Shown piece by piece: positions 1-7,232 of a stretch of DNA of 64,000 nt. Made by a program: the position numbers and the translations under genes. The notes below the pieces were generated by a model, which saw only the letters and a list, made by a program, of their open reading frames with translations, made no database searches and had not been told where the DNA came from. Every line of letters begins with the position of its first letter. Position 1 is the first letter of the stretch. Location of the stretch: contig JAFSSP010000002.1 in NCBI GenBank assembly GCA_017450945.1, positions 8,405 through 72,404 of the forward strand, read 5' to 3'. Source of the stretch: Clostridia bacterium (lineage in GTDB: Bacteria; Bacillota; Clostridia; Oscillospirales; CAG-272).

Positions 1-425
1 GCGGAGTCGGCAAATCCACGCACACCGCGCTCTGGATCAAAGCGATCCCCGGTGCCACCGTGCTCAACGGCGACAAGCCGCTCCTTCGCATGAATGCGGA
101 CGGCAGCGTGACCGCCTTCGGCACGCCCTGGTGCGGCAAAGAGGGCTGGGGGATCAATTCGAGCGCCCCGCTCGGCGCCATCTGCTTTCTCGAGCGCGGA
201 ACCGAAAACAAGATCCGCCGCGCCACCGAGGAAGAAGTGCTTTCCAAGATCGCCCACCAGCTTTACCTGCGCGGCACACGCACCACGATCGATCTGCAAT
301 TGCAACTGCTCAACCGGCTGGTATCCGCCCTTCCCTATTACGTCCTCTCCTGCACCATCTCGGAAGAGGCGGCAAAATTGGCTTACACAACAATGAAACG
401 AAACAAAGAGGAGTTTTCAAAATGA
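1..425 (+). CDS. HPr-kinase-like P-loop protein, C-terminal fragment (5' end outside window)
   Basis: Frame of ORF 60..425 stays open back to base 3 and reads GVGKSTHTALW (Walker-A-like) before the listed start. Its stop overlaps the next start (ATGA at 422-425). Confidence 0.5.
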   Translation, partial: GVGKSTHTALWIKAIPGATVLNGDKPLLRMNADGSVTAFGTPWCGKEGWGINSSAPLGAICFLERGTENKIRRATEEEVLSKIAHQLYLRGTRTTIDLQLQLLNRLVSALPYYVLSCTISEEAAKLAYTTMKRNKEEFSK

Positions 426-685
426 AGATCAATAAGGATTTTACCATTCAAAAAGTCGGCAGCTCGTTCGTTGCCGTCCCGGTCGGGGAAACCAGCAAAA
501 ACTTTCACGGCATGGTGCGTCTCAATGAGACCGGCGCGTTTCTCTGGAAAAAGCTGACCGAGGCCGACCAAACCGAGGATAGCCTTGTCGCCGCACTCCT
601 TGAGGAGTACGACGTTTCGGAGGAGCTCGCACGCAAAGACGTTCAAACGCTCGTTCATGCCCTGCAGGAGGGAAAAATCCTTTGA
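422..685 (+). CDS. PqqD-family peptide-binding (RRE-like) protein
   Basis: Internal ATG at 422 of ORF 131..685 gives 87 aa: MKINKDFTIQKVGSSFVAVPVGE..LNETGAFLWKKL..LEEYDVSEE. This is a typical PqqD/RRE pattern and size, and the gene is coupled to both neighbours. Confidence 0.7.
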   Translation: MKINKDFTIQKVGSSFVAVPVGETSKNFHGMVRLNETGAFLWKKLTEADQTEDSLVAALLEEYDVSEELARKDVQTLVHALQEGKIL

Positions 686-1158
686 TGGAAAACCGACTCA
701 GCATCGAAGAGCAACTCAAAAAAGAGGGCTTTTTTGTCAGCACCACGGCAGGCTACAGCATGTGGCCGATGCTCCGCAACCGCCGCGACCGCGTCATCAT
801 CCGCGCCTATGCGGAAAATGAGACGCCAAAAATCAACGACCTCGCCCTTTACCACCGCTCGGACGGCAAATATGTGCTTCACCGCATCCTTTGGGTCAAG
901 CCCACCCACTGCATCGCCCGAGGCGATAATACCTTTTTTCTTGAAAAGGTCAAATACAAAACCATCCTCGGCCGCGTCACCGAGTTCTATCGCAACGATA
1001 AGCACCATACGACCGACTCTTTTCTCTATCGGCTTTACGTCTGGGCCTGGCGCATTCTCTTCCCCGCCCGCTTCGTTTGCCACGCCTGCAAAATGATTTT
1101 TCATAAGCTTCTCTCCCGCGCAAAGCGCTTGGTGAAAAAGATCATAAAGAAAAAATGA
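685..1158 (+). CDS. S24/S26-family serine peptidase (SipW-like Ser/His type)
   Basis: GYSMWPML (nucleophile Ser box), VLHRIL (His where bacterial SPase I has Lys) and RGDN box. ATG at 685 overlaps the PqqD stop (TGATG). Confidence 0.65.
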   Translation: MENRLSIEEQLKKEGFFVSTTAGYSMWPMLRNRRDRVIIRAYAENETPKINDLALYHRSDGKYVLHRILWVKPTHCIARGDNTFFLEKVKYKTILGRVTEFYRNDKHHTTDSFLYRLYVWAWRILFPARFVCHACKMIFHKLLSRAKRLVKKIIKKK

Positions 1159-1165
1159 AAATGAT

Positions 1166-1441
1166 GCGGGAGGAACTTTTTGAAAAAAGTTCCTCCCGCA
1201 CCCTCTTCAAAAACTTGAACAAAAAGAAAAGCGCCTCGCCGGAATGACCGGTGCGGCGCTCTTCTATATCGTTCGTTTTTTCGGAAAGGGGACGAGCGCG
1301 ACCGCCCGCAGTGCGGGAAACAGGGAGCGGGAGGAGTGGCAGAGGTCGAAATTTTGGGAGCGCAAAGCGCGACCGAAAAATTTCGGGTACCTCAACAGGA
1401 ATGCGGGAAAACCTCTTTTTTTCAAAAAAGGGTTTTCCCGC
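1166..1441. repeat. Composite palindromic intergenic element, long form (hairpin A + central hairpin + module B + hairpin A)
   Basis: Collinear with 44710..44979. Hairpin GCGGGAGGAACTTTTTGAAAAAAGTTCCTCCCGC at 1166-1199 and GCGGGAAAACC..GGTTTTCCCGC at 1403-1441. Confidence 0.85.
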
Positions 1442-1451
1442 TCTCTTTCGT

Positions 1452-1811
1452 TACAGCTTCGCCTGTAAGCCGGGTTCTGTCATTGAAGACGGTCATCAAT
1501 CTTTGCGTCCCGTCGCCGGAAACGCTCCGGGCCGAAAATCGAGCCCGTGCCACCCCGGACATATGCCGGACAAGCGTCCTTGGGGTGTTGCTTCGGATAG
1601 GGTTTACAGCGGACCCATGTTACCATGGGAACGGGTGAGCTCTTACCTCGCCTTTCCATCCTTACCGCGTGCGCGGCGGTTTATTTCTGTTGCACTTTCC
1701 CGACGGTTACCCGTGGCTGACGTTATCAGCTATCCTGTCCTGCGAAGCCCGGACTTTCCTCACAAAACTACCTTGCGGCATGGTTCCGCGCGACCGTCCG
1801 GCGAAGCTGGT
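1452..1811 (-). ncRNA. rnpB: RNase P RNA, bacterial type A
   Basis: Minus strand carries GAGGAAAGUCCGGGCU, AGUGCAACAGAAAUAAACCGCC, GGUAAGAGCUCACC, AGAUUGAUGACCGUC and ACAGAACCCGGCUUA. P1 pairs CAGCUUCGCC with GGCGAAGCUG. Confidence 0.95.
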
Positions 1812-1817
1812 TGTTTC

Positions 1818-1846
1818 ATTATACCCAAAGAAGGCGGCTTTGTCAA
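1818..1846 (-). promoter_or_regulatory. Sigma-A promoter of rnpB (TTGACA-17-TATAAT)
   Basis: Minus strand reads TTGACAaagccgccttctttgggTATAAT, ending 7 nt before the predicted RNase P RNA 5' end. The -35 overlaps the stop codon of the upstream gene. Confidence 0.75.
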
Positions 1847-2391
1847 GCTCTCGAACGCATTTTAGAATAGAGCCGACTCAAGATCTGGTAAAGCGGCAGG
1901 ATCAAAAACCCGACCGCCAGATTTCCGACTGCGTGAACGCCGTCCCAGGGGAGGCCTGCTATGATCCAAGCGATCATTCCGTTCCAATCGAGATGGAAGA
2001 AAAGCGCCTGCGCCGGAGCGTAGAGTGTGCCGAAGAGTGCGCCGTGCAAACAGCAGACCAGGGGATAGATCACGATGGCCGCCCGCTTTTCGGGCAATTT
2101 TTTCGGCAGGAGCATGGTTACGCCCCAAAGGATCGTCCATAGGTAGCAGTAGGGGATCCACCAAACGTTAAATCCCGCATAAACTCCCTGGATCAGAACA
2201 TAGCAATAAATCGGAAAGAGCGCCTTCCAGCGAAAGGTAAGGGTATAGACCATGGTCAGCACGCCCAACAGATGAATGTTCGGCAGGAATTCCAAAGCGA
2301 GTTTGGAAACGAACATGAGGGCGCCGAGCATGGAAAAGAGCAACAATTCGAAAAGGCTGAGTTTGAGCTTATTTCGTGTAGGTGAAGCCAT
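1843..2391 (-). CDS. Small polytopic membrane protein, ECF-transporter S-component-like (candidate corrinoid-specific)
   Basis: 182 aa, hydrophobic throughout, with S-component-like size. Overlaps the DUF4430 gene by 23 nt and lies behind a B12-riboswitch-like leader. Confidence 0.5.
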   Translation of the reverse strand: MASPTRNKLKLSLFELLLFSMLGALMFVSKLALEFLPNIHLLGVLTMVYTLTFRWKALFPIYCYVLIQGVYAGFNVWWIPYCYLWTILWGVTMLLPKKLPEKRAAIVIYPLVCCLHGALFGTLYAPAQALFFHLDWNGMIAWIIAGLPWDGVHAVGNLAVGFLILPLYQILSRLYSKMRSRA

Positions 2392-2797
2392 ACTGCGTTC
2401 CGGCAGTTACGGGAGTGGAATCCACACCGGTCATTGCATAGTCGCTTCCAATGTAGAGCGCCCAGTATGCCTGGTCTTTCTCCCAGCTTGCTTCCATGCC
2501 GTTGACCTTATTGACCATAAGGCCGTAGGTGCTGTTTTCGCCTTCGATCAGTCCGTGCTCCAGGAGCGCGTCGCCGAGCATTTCTTTATCGGTCTTGATC
2601 GTAAAGGTCACACTCTGATCCTCGGCGATGACAACCAGCGTAATGGTGGTGGCACCTTTGCCGAAGGTTTTGTCGGTGTTGTAGGTAGCCTCTTTCCAGA
2701 GTCCTTCGCGGGCAACGCCTTTGACGCAGGCGGCAAACGCAAACAGGACAAACAGGAGAGCCAGGCTAAGCGACAGAATTTTTGCTGTCTTTCTCAT
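2369..2797 (-). CDS. DUF4430-type (transcobalamin-like) lipoprotein
   Basis: Lipobox LFAFAAC after a signal peptide. C-terminal pattern ALLEHGLIEG..YGLMVNKVNG..AYWALYI..GVDSTPVTAGTQYGFTY resembles the DUF4430 fold. Confidence 0.6.
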   Translation of the reverse strand: MRKTAKILSLSLALLFVLFAFAACVKGVAREGLWKEATYNTDKTFGKGATTITLVVIAEDQSVTFTIKTDKEMLGDALLEHGLIEGENSTYGLMVNKVNGMEASWEKDQAYWALYIGSDYAMTGVDSTPVTAGTQYGFTYTK

Positions 2798-2865
2798 GGT
2801 AAAAAATCCTCGTTTCTTTTGATTTCAAAAGAAAAAGAAAAGCACCCTCCCCAAGGAAGCGCGCC

Positions 2866-3105
2866 GAAAAAAGATACCCTGCGGTATCCCGATCCGACAG
2901 ACTCCCCACTGCCCGGGAGACGATTTTCGGACGCAGGCCGACGAGCATTCCGACTTGAGCGGTCGCAAGGGCGCCGCAGTTACGGTAATGGCTGTTGCGG
3001 CGGATTTTCACCGCCATTTCCTCCTCCCCGAAGAGGATCCTGCACCCTCCCCGACAACCGGCAAAAGGAGTTTCCTTTGCCGAGATGACCCACGGATTCT
3101 TTTGT
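2866..3105 (-). promoter_or_regulatory. Candidate cobalamin riboswitch leader with terminator hairpin
   Basis: About 300-nt leader containing GGAAAUGGCGGUGAAAAUCCGCC (the GGUGAAAAUCC core) and a B12-box-like AAGUCGGAAUGCUCGUCGGCC. It ends in GAUACC-GCAG-GGUAUC + U6 at 2866-2890. Downstream genes are of the kind typically B12-regulated. Confidence 0.5.
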
Positions 3106-3111
3106 AACCCC

Positions 3112-3140
3112 AGTATAGCACCCGAATCGACATTTTTCAA
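3112..3140 (-). promoter_or_regulatory. Promoter of the riboswitch leader (TTGAAA-17-TATACT)
   Basis: Minus strand reads TTGAAAaatgtcgattcgggtgcTATACT. Confidence 0.6.
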
Positions 3141-3163
3141 GGGCTCTTTCAAAAAAACCCGGG

Positions 3164-3192
3164 TTGCAAACTTTCCGCTTTTGTGTTATACT
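3164..3192 (+). promoter_or_regulatory. Promoter of hydrolase gene (TTGCAA-17-TATACT)
   Basis: TTGCAAactttccgcttttgtgtTATACT, 32 nt upstream of ATG 3224. Confidence 0.55.
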
Positions 3193-3223
3193 GTAACTGA
3201 AAAAATGATCAAGGAGGCCGACT

Positions 3224-4189
3224 ATGAAAACCTGGAAACTGCTTTTGGGGATCGGTGGCACGCTTGCGCTCGGAAGCGCCGCGGCAATGATCTGGACCTA
3301 TGAAAAAGCCTTTCGCCCACAAAACGCGCGCGAAAAGATCCCGGAAAACCTGCCGGATCTTCGTCAGGTAGACGACTACCGCGACGAGATCTTCCACAAC
3401 ATGGAAACCTTTCAGGCGCATGCGTGCGAAGAGGTTTTCATCCAATCTCAGGACGGCCTGCGTCTGCACGGGCGCTTTTACATGGGAGAGGCCGGCGCAC
3501 CGCTTGTGATCGCCTTTCACGGTTTTCGTTCCAGCTCTTTGCGCGATCTGAGCGGCGGTATGGAGTTTTACCGCTCGCACGGGCTGAGTCTGCTTTTGGT
3601 CGATCAACGCGCTTGCGGCGAAAGTGAGGGCCGGGCCATTACCTTTGGGATCAAAGAACGGTACGATTGCCTTGCCTGGGCGCTTTATGCCGATGAAAGG
3701 CTCGGCGGTAAGACGCCGATCTTCCTCTCGGGCATTTCGATGGGGGCTGCGACCGTGCTGATGGCCTCCGACCTCGATCTGCCTGCATCGGTCAAAGGGA
3801 TCATTGCCGACTGTCCCTACACCTCCCCCGAGGATATTCTGGTCAAAGCAGGCGGAGAGATGCACTTTCCGACGCTCCCCGCACGTCTTCTGCTCAGAAG
3901 CAGTGCAAGAGTGCTCGGCGGCTTTGGACTGAACGAATCCTCGGCCGAAAAAGCCGTTGCAAACACCAAAGTTCCGCTCCTCATTCTGCATGGAGAGGAC
4001 GATGATTTTGTTCCCACCGCCATGGGAGAGGCCATTGCAAAAACGGCAAAGGAAGGCATGGCCGAGTTTTACACCTTCCCGGGCGCCGCGCACGAATTCT
4101 CCTATCTCTCGGACAAAGAGAGATACCAAAGACTTGTCTGCGACTTTATTCTCAAAAACAGCGGGTATGATCTCTTAAAAAAAGCATAG
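3224..4189 (+). CDS. Membrane-anchored alpha/beta hydrolase (paralog 1)
   Basis: N-terminal TM helix, GISMGAAT nucleophile elbow, LHGEDD and PGAAH motifs. RBS AAGGAGG. Confidence 0.85.
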   Translation: MKTWKLLLGIGGTLALGSAAAMIWTYEKAFRPQNAREKIPENLPDLRQVDDYRDEIFHNMETFQAHACEEVFIQSQDGLRLHGRFYMGEAGAPLVIAFHGFRSSSLRDLSGGMEFYRSHGLSLLLVDQRACGESEGRAITFGIKERYDCLAWALYADERLGGKTPIFLSGISMGAATVLMASDLDLPASVKGIIADCPYTSPEDILVKAGGEMHFPTLPARLLLRSSARVLGGFGLNESSAEKAVANTKVPLLILHGEDDDFVPTAMGEAIAKTAKEGMAEFYTFPGAAHEFSYLSDKERYQRLVCDFILKNSGYDLLKKA

Positions 4190-4267
4190 AAACCGCCTTG
4201 TTTTTCTTGCAAAGAGCCGCGCTGTGTGATAGAATAGAAGCAAACAAAATCCGTAAGGAGATGCACG

Positions 4268-5644
4268 ATGTATTTTTCTCAAGATGCCGTTTGGAGACTG
4301 ATCCTGCAATTCATGATTCTGTTCGGTGCCATCCTCGCCGGCAACATGATCCGCAGGCAGATTCCGTTTATCCGTAAATTTTATATTCCCTCGGCGCTCA
4401 TCGGCGGGGTGATATTATTCGGGCTCAAACAGATCCCGGCCGTGGCAAACGTTCTGAACGACGACACCATGCAAATGGTCACCTACCACTGCCTGGGGCT
4501 TGGCTTTGCCGCCATGGCGATCAAAACGCCGAAGGAAAAGAAAAAAGTCCCGACCGTCAAAATTGTGGAAAGCGGCGCCATTATGGCAAGCTCCTATTTG
4601 CTCCAGGCCATTCTCGGCCTTGCCGTTTCGATCGCGCTCTTCTTTATCATGAAATCCTTTTATGCCGCAGGCCTGATTTTGCCGATGGGCTTTGGTCAGA
4701 GCACCGGCAGTGCGCTCAACTGGGGCAACATTTTTGAAGCAGAGCACGCCTTTGAGGGCGGTTCCTCCTACGGTCTTGCCGTGGCCTCGATCGGATTTCT
4801 CGTCGGCTCGGTCGTCGGCGTCATCTCGCTCAACCACTACATCCGCAAAGGAAAGGTCAAACCCAGACGTCAGAACACCGAAGAGGTCGAAGTGCTTTCC
4901 GAAAAGAACGAGATCCCGAATTCCGAGTCGGTCGACAAGCTCTCGATCCAGTTTTGCTTTGTTGCGCTCGCCTACGGACTTTCCTACGGCTTTATGAAAC
5001 TCCTCGCCCTGACCGGCGTCAAAGCTGTAGCCGAGCTTGCCTGGGGACTCAACTTCCTGTGGGCGCTCCTCTTTGGTTTTCTCATTCGCCTGACCGTGCA
5101 AGCGCTCAACAAACGCAAGATCGTCAACCACAATTACGTCAGCAATCACCTCATGGACCGCATCAGCGGATTCTGTTTTGACCTCATGATCGTTGCGGGC
5201 GTGGCGGCCATTGACTTTGAGGACATTCGCAAAAACTGGATTTTGCTCCTTGTCACCTGCACACTCGGCACCATTTTTACCTTCTTCTATGTCAAAAAAG
5301 CGACCAAGCAGGCCTACCCGGGATACGAGATCGAGGGCTTTGTCACCAACTTCGGCACGGTTACAGGCACGGTTTCTACCGGTATGATCCTGCTCCGCGA
5401 GATCGACCCCAGCTTTGTCACCCCCGCGGCCTCCAACATCGTCCTGCAAAACATCCCCTCGCTCGTCATGCTCTCGCCTCTGCTCCTTTTCATGAGCTTT
5501 GCGGCCTCGAGCCTGACCAACACCTTCATCATGCTCGGCGTGTATATTCTTTTGTTTGTCGCCTACAACCTCTTCTTATTCCGCAAAAAGATCTTCAAAA
5601 AGAAGTTTTCCAAAGCCGATGACGAGTGGAGTGAAGAGCAGTGA
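4268..5644 (+). CDS. gltS: Sodium/glutamate symporter family (GltS-like) transporter
   Basis: 458-aa polytopic protein. N-terminus IRKFYIPSALIGGVILFGLK parallels GltS FLKKYTIPEPVAGGLL. RBS AAGGAG. Confidence 0.65.
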   Translation: MYFSQDAVWRLILQFMILFGAILAGNMIRRQIPFIRKFYIPSALIGGVILFGLKQIPAVANVLNDDTMQMVTYHCLGLGFAAMAIKTPKEKKKVPTVKIVESGAIMASSYLLQAILGLAVSIALFFIMKSFYAAGLILPMGFGQSTGSALNWGNIFEAEHAFEGGSSYGLAVASIGFLVGSVVGVISLNHYIRKGKVKPRRQNTEEVEVLSEKNEIPNSESVDKLSIQFCFVALAYGLSYGFMKLLALTGVKAVAELAWGLNFLWALLFGFLIRLTVQALNKRKIVNHNYVSNHLMDRISGFCFDLMIVAGVAAIDFEDIRKNWILLLVTCTLGTIFTFFYVKKATKQAYPGYEIEGFVTNFGTVTGTVSTGMILLREIDPSFVTPAASNIVLQNIPSLVMLSPLLLFMSFAASSLTNTFIMLGVYILLFVAYNLFLFRKKIFKKKFSKADDEWSEEQ

Positions 5645-6810
5645 AGAAAAAAGCAAGAAGCGACAAATTTTACCGGAAGACCTTCCTCTTCTTTCGCCCG
5701 CTCTTTTGCCTGGTGGCAAAAATGAAACTCGGCGTAAAAGCAAAACAGCCGAAAAAGTTTGACGAACCGATCCTCATTTACTCCAACCACACGACCGACC
5801 TCGATTTTCTTGCGGTGTCGGCGCATATCAAAAATCATTTTTATCTGGTTTGCAGTCGCCACATCCTTGCAATGGGGCTGACCGGCTGGCTCATCGAAAA
5901 GCTCTTTCATCCGGTCGCGGTCTTCAAAGGCTCGGTCAAGGGCGGAGAGATGCTCGATCTGCTCCGCAGGATCAAGCGCGGCAACAACGTCCTCGTTTTC
6001 TGCGAGGGGCGCCTCTCGCACAACGGCAGGACACAGCCGATCGGCATTGCCGCAGCACAGCTTGCAAAGGCGGCTAAGTGTCGACTGGTCACCTTCCGCA
6101 CCGACGGTGGCTTTTTCAAGCAACCGCGCTGGCAAAAAGGCATGAACCCAGGCAAACTCTTTGACAGTGGGATCGTGAACGAATACTCAAAAGAAGAACT
6201 TGCCGCGCTTTCGGACGCAGAACTCCTTGAAAAAATCGAAAAGGATCTTTACACCGACGCCTACGAAGAACAAAAAAAGCGGATGCAAAAGCTCAAATTT
6301 CCGCACGGCGTGGGAGAGATTCTCAACTACTACTCGCTCTGCCCTGCCTGCCATGACGAAAGCCTGGTTTGCAAGGACGGCTTTACCCTTGCCTGCAAGA
6401 ATTGCGGCTATGAGATGCGCTGGAACGAGTACGGATTTTTTGAAAGCGAAAAACCGATCGTAAAAACGACCGCCGAATGGGAGGCACTCGAACAAAAGGC
6501 CTATTCTTCCCGCTTTTCAGAGGGCAAATTCCTTGCCGACGACGGCGTCTCGCTCTTTGCCACCGACGAAGCCTTTCAAAAAACGCCGCTCGGCACCGGG
6601 ACGCTTGCAAGCTCGGCCGAAGGCCTCTCGTTTGGAGAGCGATCTTTCCCCTTTTCCGAAATGGAAGGCCTCGAAGTGCTCGCGGGCGGCGCCTCGCTCG
6701 TCTTTTCCAGCAAGGGAGAGCATTTTCTTCTCACCACAGACGGCGGGAATCTTGCAAAATACCTCTACCTCTACGAGTGGGGGAAAAAGCAATCGACAAA
6801 AGAATCATAA
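5641..6810 (+). CDS. PlsC-type lysophospholipid acyltransferase with C-terminal zinc-ribbon extension
   Basis: HX4D box NHTTDLD, FCEGR (FPEG-like) box, and CPACH..CKNCG zinc ribbon. GTG start overlaps the gltS stop (GTGA). Confidence 0.75.
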   Translation: MKKKARSDKFYRKTFLFFRPLFCLVAKMKLGVKAKQPKKFDEPILIYSNHTTDLDFLAVSAHIKNHFYLVCSRHILAMGLTGWLIEKLFHPVAVFKGSVKGGEMLDLLRRIKRGNNVLVFCEGRLSHNGRTQPIGIAAAQLAKAAKCRLVTFRTDGGFFKQPRWQKGMNPGKLFDSGIVNEYSKEELAALSDAELLEKIEKDLYTDAYEEQKKRMQKLKFPHGVGEILNYYSLCPACHDESLVCKDGFTLACKNCGYEMRWNEYGFFESEKPIVKTTAEWEALEQKAYSSRFSEGKFLADDGVSLFATDEAFQKTPLGTGTLASSAEGLSFGERSFPFSEMEGLEVLAGGASLVFSSKGEHFLLTTDGGNLAKYLYLYEWGKKQSTKES

Positions 6811-6816
6811 AAACAA

Positions 6817-6840
6817 TTCCGGCGGGTCATCCCGCCGGAA
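6817..6840 (+). terminator. Hairpin after acyltransferase gene
   Basis: TTCCGGCGGG-tcat-CCCGCCGGAA, a perfect 10-bp stem. Confidence 0.6.
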
Positions 6841-6852
6841 AGTATAAAAAGC

Positions 6853-6881
6853 TTGACAATTCGAGTGGCAAGTGATAAAAT
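6853..6881 (+). promoter_or_regulatory. Promoter of tRNA-Ser (TTGACA-17-TAAAAT)
   Basis: TTGACAattcgagtggcaagtgaTAAAAT, about 19 nt upstream of the tRNA 5' end. Confidence 0.7.
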
Positions 6882-6899
6882 ACAAAAAACCGAATATAC

Positions 6900-6988
6900 G
6901 GAGAGGTATCGAAGCGGTCATAACGAGGCGGTCTTGAAAACCGTTTGACAGCAATGTCACATGGGTTCGAATCCCATCCTCTCCGCCA
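6900..6988 (+). tRNA. tRNA-Ser (anticodon UGA), CCA encoded
   Basis: GGAGAGG acceptor, anticodon loop CUUGAAA, long variable arm, GGGTTCGAATCCC T-arm, CCTCTCC-G-CCA. Confidence 0.93.
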
Positions 6989-7149
6989 AAATCAAAGGGG
7001 AGCCCCACAAGGGTTCCTTTTGATTTTGCGAAAGCGATGTGGATGAGAACACATCGCCGTTTTTGCAAAGCAAAAATCGGCATACGGAGGCGAAACCGAA
7101 AGCACGCAAGGGTGCTGTTTCGGCACCCTTTTGTTTTGCCCCGGAACAG

Positions 7150-7178
7150 TTGACATTTTGTCGAAAAAGGTTTAAAAT
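7150..7178 (+). promoter_or_regulatory. Promoter of the fakA-degV-plsX-acpP operon (TTGACA-17-TAAAAT)
   Basis: TTGACAttttgtcgaaaaaggttTAAAAT. Confidence 0.65.
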
Positions 7179-7232
7179 AATATATTAGTATAAAAGAACC
7201 GAACGAAGAAAGATTGCGAGGAACTTTTTTGA

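Noticed and set aside
1251-1865. 204-aa ORF (and 1336..1638, 1669..2142) across 1.25-2.1 kb
   Set aside because: These ORFs are translations of the repeat element and of the RNase P RNA gene on the opposite strand. The RNA call is supported by all universal rnpB motifs and its own promoter.
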